Shown here piece by piece: positions 47,781-60,532 of a DNA stretch of 64,000 nt. The position numbers and the translations under genes are program-made. The notes beneath the pieces were generated by a model, which was not told the DNA's origin, searched no databases, and worked only from the letters and a program-made list of their open reading frames with translations. This DNA comes from Lama glama (lineage: Eukaryota): positions 58,406,001-58,470,000 of the forward strand of contig CM052817.1 in the NCBI GenBank assembly GCA_028534125.1, given 5' to 3'. Positions within the stretch are counted from its first letter, which is position 1; each line of letters starts with the position of its first letter.

Positions 47781-50700
47781 TTAGCTTATTATAGTTAACT
47801 AATATAGCAAATAGTAGACCTGTATTCTAAACAAATATTCCATAAAGTTGAAGTATAAAATATTAAGTGTAGAAATAGGATATTAATTTGAATAACAATT
47901 TTAAACAATTTGTAGCAAGGAATGTGCTTTAAACCATGCTATATAATTAGCTTCTTTATAGCTCTTTGCATGCTAGACATGTAGGAATTTTTTTATACCT
48001 CTGATTTAATGATAATATCAAAGTATACGATGAGATTATTCCTTTATTTTTAATATTAAGATAATTGACCTGAGCTCTTTTTGTATTTCACTTGAACTAT
48101 AATCTCTGAATCAGAGTGTTAACTCTCCACAATATGTGAGTGGTCCCTAAATTAGCAATTTTTAAAAAAATATAGTTTTAATCAAATATTGTACTGTTTG
48201 TGTGATAAACTTCCTTATTTAAAATGTTAATTGAATTGTGTTTCTAATCACAAAATATTTGTAAATTTCAAACATTTATAAAATGAAACAAACTAATAAA
48301 TAATAGCTTTAAAAATAAAAGTATAAATGCAAACGAAGTTGATTAGAATTACTATTATATATGTTTTCTGGTGCTCATTTTAAATAATTAAACATATACT
48401 ATGGCTATAATGCATTAGAACTATTAACAAAGTACCATGAGGTGACAGGTCCTGAGTCCTGCTAATCATCCATCAGGACTCATAAGTGCTCAGTAACATT
48501 TACTAGGGAAGAAAGACCAAAGTAATTACAAATTCGGGAAATAGTTAACTCATTCATTTGAACAGATTAAAAAATAATCCTATTTCACTTATTTAGAAAT
48601 CTTTACTTGATGCTTACTTTGCACATTTGTTAATAGAATATCTGATCAAGAGAAAGTTACTGTATTTGTATATGCAAAGAGTTGGATACCCAGATAGGAA
48701 TTTAGCTACTACTTAATGCACTTAAACTCTCTAAAGTACATTTTCTCAACTGTAAAAGATAAGAAAATTACTGCCTCAAAGGTGTCCACACACCAACTCA
48801 TCAAGTAAAATATGATCATTTAAGACATGTTAAAACCAAAGTGTTCTATGTGAACTATGTATTATTACCAAATTTTGTGTTTCTTCTCTTCTATATGTCA
48901 TAATATTCAATACAGCATTTTGATATAGATAAAAACAAAATTGGAGAAAATAAATATTAATAATAAATAAATAATAAATTTAAATAAATGATGCTACACC
49001 CAAAATGTGTGATAATGTGCTTCCATTAAAACAAATAAGGAAGATTTATATTTACTATCATAGAAAGATTTCAATGATATCTTGTGAAATTAAAAGTAAA
49101 CTTGTAAGCTTGGAAGCATAGATGTCAAATGGTTAACAGTTATCCCTTCCTTGAGAACACAGGTGGAGTATTCTGGGGCAATTTCAGTTTTTTCCATGTA
49201 TGCCCTATTTGAATTTGTTAAATAATAAAAATTGATTAATTTTCAATAAAGATCCCATTCACCCTTAAATAATAAAAATATTGAATGAATTTTAAAATAC
49301 TGTTATACTTGGGGCATATCAATTATATGTGGGCACATCTAGAGACCTATACCGTTCCTCTGGTTTTGTATATGGTGGACAACTCACACATGAGGTTATA
49401 TTGTTTTTTGTGTTGCAATGTACTAGCCAGATAAAAGCACTCCCAAAAGGACAGGAGCCAAAGTATAATGGAAAATGTCCAAATGAAAGTTCTTGAAAGC
49501 ATGCCAGTGTTTGGGAGAACTTGCATTTTTGTAATTGAACACAGATTTTACTTTTCTTAGCCCAAAGCTAAAGGATTTGACTTATCATCATATCTAGTTA
49601 CTAATGGAGATATTTGGGGAGTAGACTATGATGCCGTTTATGTTACTGATCTCTTCAGCACCCACGAGGGTAAAGAGGACAGCTCCTTAGAGTTGGTGAA
49701 TATGAGAAGAGAGCCAGTTCTTAATTAAATATTTCCTTGAATCTGGCAATAACAGGAGTGTTCTAAAAACTGATAAACACTTTGGTTATATCAAGGACTT
49801 TTATATTCCCTTCTTTATTATGCCAGATGTGTGCTGCCAACTTAAGTAATTACTGTTTTCCCAGTAGGAAGTTTGCTGAAATGTATTTTTTGCTCAAAAA
49901 CATGCTAACCAAAAGCATCTAGTTTTTTTTCTGCCTTTCGAGTTCTTCATTTTCACAAAAGTGAAATAATATATAAAGCAGTGTTTAAAACATCACAGAA
50001 TAGTATTTATGTGGTACAGATATGGACCTACCAAGACTTACCCTGACAGTTTTCATCTTAGATAACACAGTAGTAGAGGCGTCAAAAATAGGTAAGCATA
50101 TATTATATTCATATAAAATTACTCAAATGTGTTTTTGCAGCTAATGCCTTCTGTTTATCTTCTATTAAAATATTATTACTTTTGTTTGTATTTAATATTT
50201 CTAGACTGTTTAAATATAATAAGCAGGGATCCACTATCCTCATTGTCAGCAGATGAATATTTAAAGCTCCTTATTTTGACCAGCAATTTTTGCACTTATG
50301 ATTAACATCCCATGAGAATGTGCTTGATATGAGATTGTACTCTTCCTAGTCTCAAATAACTCTTCAGTTTTAATTTCACCTTTGTAAATGTCAGAATGAT
50401 TTGAATGTAAGGAAAAAATAAGGGATATACTTAGAAAAAATATGTGCAAATGATGTGTCTTTGTTATTGCTAAATACTAAACACTGTTGTTTAAAGAAAT
50501 TAGTGCTCATCAAATTTAGTGATTAGTGTCCTATTTACAGTTCAGCCGATAATAATAAATCACTGGTTTAACAAGACATGTTTTAAAAGTATATCAATAT
50601 AGATGAATAAAAAGGAAATGATTTATTTTCAAGGTCATGGATATCATGTATCAGACTTCATATCAGAGATCATAGTTTACACAGCATTTTACTCAAGAGA

Positions 50701-51499
50701 GCAAATTATTTTACATTATAATAAAATTTAAACATCCAAATTTATTTACTAATGTTTTACCAGTTGGCATTTATAATGTATACAGCAGCCAGAACTCAAG
50801 TTCTTTTTAATAGTACATGTTTAAGTAAATATAAACAGAAGAAATAAAACAAAAACAACATCTAATATGCCAGGATACTAAATCATTCTTAGGGAGGCAA
50901 AAAAAAAAGTATTTTGCTACATTTTGAACTACTCATATGAAAGTAGATAAGAACCCATACTGTGAAAATTTCCACAAATAAGCTAATTAAAATAAGTGAT
51001 AGAAAGACTTAACTTTTTAAGAAAAAATAGAAAGTAGATGACAGTTTATATTTTCACACATCTTTCTTGGCTCACATATAAAGAATAAAGTATTTACTAA
51101 ATACATACATGGAAGAATAAGAACAATAAATATGATTGTAAAAGTCATCTTATAAAAAGGAGACAATACTTTAAAAAACTAGGTATATGAAGTGGAAAAA
51201 TTATATATCTGTATCTGTGTGTGTATATATATATGCATATATAAATGTATATTGATTTACAAATTTCAGTGAACTAGTCAGAAGAGAAAATAGAAGACTG
51301 CATTCAGGGTAGGGGAAACAAAGCTGTATTCATGAGAGAGAGATTTGTGTAATGCCTATTACATGTTAAGTTTCTGGCTATATGTGAAACGTTTAAACAT
51401 GAATAGAACATAAGGATCTGCGGTAGAGAAAAATATGAAAATTGACTATCTTGGCACTTAGTGTAGTAATAATTAGAACCAATTGTATTTCAGTATGAA

Positions 51500-51955
51500 T
51501 CTGTAATACAGTTTTACTTAGAAAGTGAGAAATTGCTCAACCATTCTGCATTTGAGGGCTGAATAGAGACTGTTTGCAAAGGTATGGCTAAAATGAAGGG
51601 AAATCACAAGGTTTATACCCGTATTAGAGCTGTTACCTTTATTAGGTCTAAAAAAAATGAAAAATGACCTTCATTAGGAAGGAAGTCTCGTACAGAAAGT
51701 GAATTTGAGATAAATATTGATCTTAGTGAGCTAGATGCATCCAGTTGGAGGCAATGCATGGGGAAAGGAGGGGAATATAAACTTTGTCCTTTTGTTTCCT
51801 CCTGATCTCCATTGGGGGTTCCCATTGGCTAAACCTGACAGGAAGCCAGAGGACAAAGGCGCCTGTGTATGTGGTCTTACCGGGGAATCTACCGGGCAGA
51901 GAATAGGTTATGGAACGTGGGATGGACTTGGAGAGGCAAATGGAAAATAGCCGGT
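51500..51955 (-). mobile_element. Old ERVL-class solo LTR (LTR33-like)
   Basis: 'cctcctgatctcc...cccattggctaaacctgacaggaagccagaggacaaagg...ggacttggagaggcaaatggaaaata'. Confidence 0.5.
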
Positions 51956-52449
51956 AGAGTAGCTACGGCCACTTCTTTGCTTCTTCAGCAGTCTATGCTT
52001 TTTCTTGCCTTCTGATAAATATGCCCTGTCTTTGTTGCCTTAACTGAGGAGAAAATTTCAAGTCCCATTACCAACGCATTTCAATGGGGCAGCCCCTAAA
52101 AGAGATACACAAGGTCATGTGAGGTCCTGCAGTTCTTTCAGTACCGCACTTAAAATAGAGGCCATCCTGGTCCCCAAGTAAAGGCTGCTTATAAGGCCTT
52201 GATTCTGGGAAGTATTCTGGAAATTGGCTGCAAATGATGATCATCGTAAATTTCTCAGATTAGAGAAAATCTGTTCAGACTTACTAATAAGCCTTAATGG
52301 AGATGCTTGTCATCAATGAATAATTACAAAAGAAAGAAATCAGCAGAAATACAGTCTACAATTTATTGATGATTTGGTGACTTTATCAACTTTCTGTGTA
52401 GTGGGCATTTTCTATGTAAATACAGGCAGTGTTACATTATGATACGTAA

Positions 52450-52692
52450 GATCATGTTGTTGGTGTCAAACATCATGGGTTCCAGTCCCAGCTTTTCTGC
52501 TGAGTAGCTCTGTGATCACGGGCAAGTCAACTTTTTCTTACTGAGCTTCAGTGTTCAGTCTTATATATAAGCACTAATAATATGTATACCTACTTTTTGG
52601 GTTATTGAGATTACAGGAGATGAAATGCAAATAAACCACAGGGTTTGCTGTTTAACATATACTAAGATCTCTATAAGAGTTAGTTATTATTT
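52450..52692 (+). mobile_element. MIR SINE
   Basis: 'catgggttccagtcccagcttttctgctgagtagctctgtgatcacgggcaagtcaac...ctgagcttcagtgttc'. Confidence 0.75.
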
Positions 52693-52699
52693 TAAAATA

Positions 52700-53080
52700 A
52701 AAGTGTAGCAGTTTGGTTTTATTGGCAGCAAACTGCCTCAGCAACAAGTATCATATCCAAAATCAAAGCAAGAGGATGAAGAAACGCAAAAGAGCTATAC
52801 CAAATGCATTTGTCCTCTTTATCAGGATGGCACAGGGTTTCCAAGAAACCCCTATGCAGGTGTACGCTCAGTTTTATTGCCAAGAGTAAGATCATATGAC
52901 CTTACCTATAAACCCACTAGAAAGTCAGGGCAAAGGATTATCATAACTCAGTTAATGCCATCATGATTCTTTATGCAGCTTACTTAGTCTGGACACTAAG
53001 TAAAAATTCAGACAAAATAGAGATTCTTTTAGCACCAAAGAAGAACAGAATGTGTGGGAAACTAACACTGCTTAGTACAT
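52700..53080 (-). mobile_element. Old MaLR LTR fragment (MLT1J/K-like)
   Basis: 'ttttattgccaagagtaagatcatatgaccttaccta' and 'acaaaatagagattcttttagc..aagaagaa'. Confidence 0.45.
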
Positions 53081-53880
53081 CAGCATTTTACTTTTTGGTT
53101 ATTCCCTTTCTCAGAAAAATAATCTAGCAATTCTGAAGATGTTTCTCAACAAGGACTTCCACAAGGTGGCAAAGTGTTAACATGATGTCACTTGGCAGTA
53201 TTGCTCATATTCTCGAGTGTGGACACTTGAAGAATATTTGGTACCATATTCTTAATAAGTGATTACTGTATTATGAAGTGTGAAAAAGTATGGAAAAGTT
53301 TGATTTTCATTTAGAAATATTTAGTTTCTATAATTTGATTTGGAGATTTTTTATTCTGTAAATTTTTATTTTCAAGCATAAGTCTGATTGTGTTATCTAA
53401 AACAATGGAAATATACAATTCATTTGCTCTTAGGTAACAAAAAAGCATCTAAGAAGGTTGTAACTTTTTTTGTGTGTATGTGCCACTGAGATAAACTTGA
53501 ATTGACAAGTTTATTTTCTAAAGACTAACGATTATTTCAGGAAGAAATATGCTAGCAAGTTGGAGTAGTTGCTCCAGACGATAGCAGTGTGTTCCTTTCT
53601 TTAGCATGATTGGATTGCAATCAAAAGAATCAGACATCCTCAAGTGATCTCTATAAAAACATTAATTATTAGTATTTAAACTTGAATTTGTAATGGACAC
53701 ATTTAGTATAGATTAAGTAAAATTAACATTCAATTTATAGATATCATTGAAAAAATGTTTCCTCTCTTTCAAAAATGAGCTTTCTTCTTTTAGTCCCGCA
53801 CAAATTCCGTGATGTCACCTCACTTTTAGACCCATTTGTTTCCTACTTAACTTATCTAACTTATGTAACCTAACCTAAGC

Positions 53881-54019
53881 TCTCTTGTGTCTCTTCTTAT
53901 AAGGGCATTACCCCCATGACCTCATCTAAATCTAATTTAGATGACACCATTACCAAATACTGTTACTCTGGAGATTAGGGCTTCAACGTCAATTTTGGGG
54001 GGACAGTTCAGTCCATAGA
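53881..54019 (-). mobile_element. MaLR LTR fragment (MLT1A-like)
   Basis: 'gtctcttcttataagggcatta..cccatgacctcatctaaa...gattagggcttcaac...ttttggggggacagttcagtccatag'. Confidence 0.8.
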
Positions 54020-54189
54020 AAGTATCCACTCCATAGAATGGTCCTGAAGTTTTACTCCCAGTACCTTTGTCTAAGAGATAGAAAACTTTCATGTAACTGA
54101 AATTGTAAAAGAATTGGTTAGGTGAAATAAATCATGGAAATAGCTATGAAACAACAAGAAGTGGCACCGGTGTGGGAGGACACTCTCTA

Positions 54190-54406
54190 GTGATGAACAG
54201 ACAGCTGCCACTCAGCTACCACGATTGTTACACAGTCAAGGCAGCTAAGCATTACATTTTAGGTTTTTAAAAAGAACCTGAGTATGTGGATTTTTATATG
54301 AATATTCATATATTTAATGTTGGCAACTGAATCATGCTTTTAACTTTTTTTGTCTTGGTGAAACAAAACCAAATTTAGCTCAGGGGCTGCCAGTTTGCAA
54401 GGTCTG
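54190..54406. mobile_element. MER102-like hAT-Charlie element
   Basis: 'cagctgccactcagct', 'ggatttttat...tttaatgttggcaact', 'ggctgccagtttgcaaggtctgctcta'. Confidence 0.65.
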
Positions 54407-54679
54407 CTCTAAGAGATTTTACCAGCCACTGGATGCCACCTAGCTACTAAGTTGCAAAACAGTATTCCAGCCCAGGTCTGTCAGGGCCCACTGCTGCTCT
54501 CCTTTGCTTTCTAATCCACACTGTCTTCTACACTCCAAGCCTATGTAAACACCACTGCCTGATTTCTGTATTTCTGTTTCTAGGCAGCTGAGCAGGTCAA
54601 GTTAAGAAATTGAACTGAATGCCATCCAAAGTTAGCTGCCTCCCTTTTATCAATCACTTCTTACCTTAACACTATTTTT

Positions 54680-54995
54680 ATAGGCTCTAAGTCTCAAGAT
54701 AGTGAATAGCACATAGGATCTTAATTGGGGAGTGTTTGGGGATCACCATCGATGGAATGCAGAGCAAAAAGGCAGCATTAAGCAGAGGGGGAAGTTGAGC
54801 TGCAATGTAGTTTCAACAGAGACCTCAGCTGTCCCTGTGGGGAACTCTGAAGCTAAGAGGACCTAAACTGCGTGAGGAGTTCGGGTCTGTATATACTTAC
54901 ACGGACCAGTGATGGGACCAGGCTCCTCTGGTGATCTTTTCTCAGCTGATCCTGGAAAGGGATGACAACTGAGGGTTTTCTACCAGCAAGACTCT
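54680..54995 (-). mobile_element. LTR16-like ERVL solo LTR
   Basis: 'gcagagggggaagttgagctgcaatgtagtttcaacagagacctcagctgtccctgtggggaactctgaagct'. Confidence 0.7.
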
Positions 54996-56030
54996 CTTTC
55001 ACTGTTATGGTAAAAGCCTGTAATAACACACCCTATCATAACAAGGTTTTGGATTTAATATCCAAACCTTGGTGATTGGCTTTACCTCCATTCTCAAAAA
55101 GACACTGGCTATAATTTATATCTTATGTGGGGATAGAAAGAGAGGAGCACAAAGGAGAAGAGATATGCTACCCTCTCTCGGGAAGCCAGGAAGCCGAGGG
55201 CGTTCCCTGAATCCAAATATTCTCTCCCTGAAAGCTCTAACCCCCCCTAGATCAGACTGAGGACATGGGTAGTTAAAAAAAAAAAATCAGAGATTTCTAG
55301 AACTGAAGTCATTGTATTGGAAGTACTATTCAGACAGAGACTTGGAATTGCCCTATTAACACTCAATCTGGTCTGTACAACTTTACCAACTGGCTCCAAA
55401 TTGCTCAGTCCAGACAGGGATGAACCCTGCTGGACTAGCTGCACAATTTATTAGCATTTTCACTTTGTTTTACAGGGATTGTCATCCATGTTATACTGCC
55501 CATTATAAAGATAATGTCCTTGATCTACATCAGTGTCATCTTCATGGGCCCCTGGTGGCACTTTGTAGGGATTTTAAACTCTTCATTAAATGTATGATTT
55601 ATCAGAAATTATTTCTCTACTATTCATTCTCATTATCTGAAATGCCTTTCTCATACAATTTCAAGTTATTTAACATCTTTATCTTGAGCAATAATATTAA
55701 TACTATTCTAAATTTCTAGTTACTTTATTAAAAGATTGATATTCTTTTTATAGGGTGATTATTACTATAGCTTATTTAATGACTAAAAATGTTGTTAATT
55801 TGGTTTGTCTCTGGCTGTTTAAAATTATTTCTGGTTGTTTACAAATCCTTGGAATAAATGAAATGAGGCTTACCTCAAACCATCTGGCAGGTGACTTTAC
55901 ATATAAACAGGAACTGGTCAATTTTTCATTTAATCATAATATGTTAATTAAGTCAATGTTGATCTGTTTTCACTGAGTATTTGTTCTTATTTACAATTTT
56001 ATCAGGTATTTATTTTGTTTATCATATTGA

Positions 56031-56164
56031 GGGGAAAGGGTATAGCTTAGTGGTAGAGTGCATGCTTACTATGCATAAGGTCTTAGGTTCAATCCCCAGT
56101 GCCTCCATAAACAAACAAACAAACAAACAAACCTTACCTTCCCCTCATAAAAACTTTTTTTTAA
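56031..56164 (+). mobile_element. tRNA-derived camelid SINE (vic-1-like), copy 3
   Basis: GGGGAAAGGGTATAGCTTAGTGGTAGAGTGCATGCTTACTATGCATAAGGTCTTAGGTTCAATCCCCAGTGCCTCC plus (AAAC)n. TSD tttatcatattga / tttatgatattga at 56018-56030 and 56165-56177. Confidence 0.9.
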
Positions 56165-57844
56165 TTTATGATATTGATATAAAAATAGCAGAAAGTCAAT
56201 TTCAAAAACCCACAGGAATGTACTTCACAAGATAAGATGGAATGAATACACTATGATTCCCCTTTCATAGATCTGTCCAGAAACGGTGGACACTTCTCAT
56301 TATCCTCTGATCCATTCTATCTCCTACTTCACCTCAGCCAGGTAATTTCTATTCCACACAACTCTTAGTGGCCTTGTGAAATTATTAATTTAAAAGATAC
56401 TTACCAAGACTCAGTCCAAGAAGAATAATAACTCATTCATGCATATTTTCATTGGTTTATGGATCTGTGATGCCCTGGAGAGTACCACAAATCTTCATGA
56501 TGTCCCAAGTGTTAACTTTAATGTTTGTATCTTTAATTTAGCTGAAGGCTGTGTAAAATCTCATATAGTCAAGAGAGTCAAATAGCTCTCTCTTGGCTGA
56601 ACATATAAAGTTGGGATTAAAGCATGTTATTCCAGTAGATATTAATCATAACTTATGCACAGTAATTTATTTTTGAATCTATAGTTCCAGATTATAGAAT
56701 GTGAAAGAGCAATTGATTTTTTTCCTGTAGGGCTTATGTACTGCCAAATCCTAATCTTACAAAGATTCCCTTAGATGTCTAGACTTCCTCTGGGTTGCTC
56801 TGCTATTTGCAATAATGTAGCCATTAAAGTAAGTTCATCAAGTAAGGTTCTGTGACCACAAATAGCAGGAGGACAGTTATAAGTACATGTCTGGCTTTAT
56901 AAATAAAATTTTCCCACTTTTCCAACTCGTTACAGGACTTCACTTTTACTTTATTATTCCGTGATTGGAAAATGTGCTAATGATAATGACCACCGTACAT
57001 GGGAACAGGATTGACCATAAGGATGAATTTAAAGTTACACTATGTTTCATATGTGGTGTGTTCTCCACTGGTTTCTTTCTGAAGTTACTATTTGGCATTA
57101 TTTATGACTATGACATATTCCATATTTGGTTGTCACCCATCAGACTGGATTAATAACCACTCCCTCCAAAAAAAAAAAAAAAGACATTCTGGATACGCCA
57201 CATATTAGGAAGAATTAAAAATCAAAGGGAAAATGTATGGCAAAGCATTATTTTAATGTTGTAAGTTCCATTAAAAGTTTTCATTATATGCCTCCACTAA
57301 TTGCAAAAGAAAAAAAAAATAGGGACATTAAAATAAGATACAAATATAAATTCTTAAAAGAAGTAAGACATATATAATTTTTAAAGTTGGAAGGGATATT
57401 GGTAAATTTACTTTAAATGCAAGGTTCAGTTATTATAATATTTAAACTACAATTGTATTTAATGTCATAAAAACAAATACGGTTGAATTTCCCCACCCTT
57501 TTAACTTTCTCTGATGATGTACCATTGATAAAAATTGTTGACCAGATTGGGCATTTTGCAATGTTAAAATTATTTCATTAATATCTATTTTGCTGTTACT
57601 TATATTGGATAACAATTATTAATTTACCCATAGTAAACAAGTGACAAATCACCTGCTTTCATATCTTTGAACACCAAAATACATTTTAGACCTTATCAAT
57701 TTGTAGTTCATAAACCAGATTCTATTTCATATTTCCTTCATGTATCTCTTGGAAATTACCTCATTATAAAGATTCTTTATAAGTATCTTCTTTTCTGGCA
57801 CCATTTAAGACAATGGAGTGAATGAAGAATATGTATTTTTGGTT

Positions 57845-58217
57845 TAGTTTTCACGGGCTTGGGGAGAGGGAGGGAGGAATGAATAGATGGAGTACAAGGG
57901 ATTTTTAGGGCAATGAAATTATTCTGTATGATACTATAGTGGTGGCCATATGTCATTATGCATTTGTCAAAGCCCATAGAATATACAACATCAAGAGTCA
58001 ACCCTAATGTAAACTATAGACTTTGGTTGATAATAATGTGCCCATGTTGGTTCATTGATTGTACCAAATATGCCACAATGATGAGGGATATTGAGGTTAG
58101 GGGAGTATATATGTGTGGGTGGGGAGGGCTATTGTGAACCTGTATTTTCTGCTCAATTCTGTTGTGAACCTGAAACTGCTCTAAAAGAATAAAAACAAAC
58201 AAACAACCAAACAAAAA
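57845..58217 (+). mobile_element. LINE-1 3' UTR end (L1MC1-like)
   Basis: 'gggatttttagggcaatgaaattattctgtatgatactata', 'accctaatgtaaactatagactttgg', 'gctcaattctgttgtgaacctgaaactgctctaaaagaataaa' plus an A-rich tail. Confidence 0.88.
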
Positions 58218-60042
58218 TGAAATATTACCTAAACCAAGTTTCATAGAATACAATGGTTCTCTCCTTGAGTCAGTACTGATATATTCCTAAGCAAATTGTT
58301 TACTTATTTTAATAAATTAGTGTTTCTTATTTGTCTAAAATGAATGCTGTACTTATTTAGTTTGTTTATGATGGCTTCTTAATACATTTAATGTTAGAAA
58401 TTTAAAGTTTATAAAATATTATTTCTATAAATTTAAATCTTATAATGAATATACAGAATTAAAGCCAGAAAATGAATTGAATTTACTTTCAAGTCATAAA
58501 CTATAAACATTGTTTAATATAAAGACATATAAACCAGAGAAATGCATTTTGTTTTACTAAATTTCTAGGAGCATTCTGAGGACAGGAATAATATCTGTTT
58601 TGTTTCCTGCTATGTGCTAGAACTTAGCATAATGCCTGATGCATAAAAATCCTCAATAAATATTTTTGAATTATGAACACCTAAATATAATAAATAAATA
58701 AAACATTGGTAAAACATCTTTTAGTAAAATAGCATACCATAGCAACATTTTTAGTATTTTCTAGGATATAATATTAACCAAATTATTTTACCCAAACTAC
58801 AGCTACAAAAATGAAAGTATGATATTGTCATTTCCCTCTCTTAATATCATAAACTTGTAATATTTAATGGTTTTCTCCCTTCTCATCCAGGAATACACAA
58901 GGAAGAGATGAGCATATTCAATATAGTCTTTTGAAATATTTTTATATCTAGAATTTCAGATCCTTGATTGCACCATTTTCTCCCAAATTGTTATTGTCTC
59001 CTGCCTTTACCTTTTTCTCCATCCTCTGCTCTATGGTTCATCGATTTCTGCTTATTCCTTTCATTTCTGACCTGCTCCCTTACTCAGTTACATCTGTGAT
59101 TCAACTGAGCCATCAGTAGTCCGTGATCTCCCAGCCATTCTCTTAACATGTAGAATTATATCATCGTGATAAATACCTGATCTGAACTTCAAGTGTACCT
59201 TCAATACTACACAAGACTTTTTATCTACTCATTTTTCTCTTTTACGTTAGAGAATATTACAAATACTCTCTTTCCTCTAATTCTCTACTTGCTATTTCCC
59301 TTCTCATCTTTCATCCTTTTGTTTTTAAATTTTTTTTTTCATTCTGCTTTTTCATTTAATGAATAGTTTAGCAGGATATGTAATGATTATGTTTCTGGAG
59401 AGAATTGTCGCGGTCTCCTCCCTGAAAATACACAGGGTGATTTGGCTCTCTTCCTAGTGACAATCCTTTCCTGCAAGTCTGGGTTCTATAACTTCCTCCA
59501 CTGTGCTGTCAGTTTCCATTCCTGTTTTTGCTTTCATTTTCCATTCTTTATCTTTTATTTTTTCCTCTCTTTCTTTTTATCCTTTCAGGCTAACACCTTT
59601 CTGATTACTCTATACAATTATTTTAGTGGGGGTTTTGGAGAGACAGGTGATAAATGCATTTAGTCAGTCTGCCTTGTTTGATAGGAAATGCCTAGTTTTT
59701 AAAAATTATACTTTATCAAAATGCCACTCAAATATTGTAGGATGGACTTGAGTAAATTGTTGAGACAATGATAATACCCTATATTTATTGAATCCTACTC
59801 TGTATCTTTTACTTTGATAGAACTCTTTATACTTCAATTAATCTAATTCTCCCAATGAATCTTGAAGTGACATTATTTTCACTTAGGAGATTCAACCAAA
59901 TTATTTTGCCCAAGTGGCTTAGACTTGTTACTTTTTACAAATTGTGTAATATCTGAAACTAAATACTCTCTTACCACTTGTGACTAAAAGAAAAAAATTA
60001 CTTTGAAGACTTGTAAGAATTAAGAATTTATATAGAAATTAT

Positions 60043-60532
60043 TGTGTTAGTTTTCTATTGCTTTCATGATAAATTACCACAAACTTAGTGGTTTAAAAAA
60101 TACAGATTTATTACGGGTCAGAATTCAAACATGGGTCTCACTTAGCTGAAATCAAGGTGTTCGCAGGGCTGCTTTCTTTTCCAGGGGTTCTGGAGAAAAA
60201 TCCCTCCCTTGCCTGTTCTAGCATCTGGAGGCTTCCTACGTTCTTTGGCTCATCATCCCCATTCTTCCATCTTCAAATAAGAGGCAGGTGGAGCCGTTCT
60301 CATGTTATGTAATTCTGGCCCTATCTTTTGCTGCTTCTCCCATATCTAAGAACTCATATGATTACTTTAGATCCACCTGGATAATTTAGGATAATCTCCC
60401 ATCTAAAGGTCAGCTGATTACCAAATTTAATTGCATCTGCAATTTTAATGTCTTTCTACTATGTAACATATTTGCAAATCCCAGATACTAGCATGTGACC
60501 ATCTATGGGAGGCCATTATTCTTCCTACCACA
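60043..60532 (-). mobile_element. MaLR solo LTR (MLT1D-like)
   Basis: 'tgtgttagttttctattgct...aaattaccacaaacttagtggtttaaaa', 'ccacctggataatttaggataatctccc', and the end 'ggccattattcttcctaccaca'. Confidence 0.88.
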
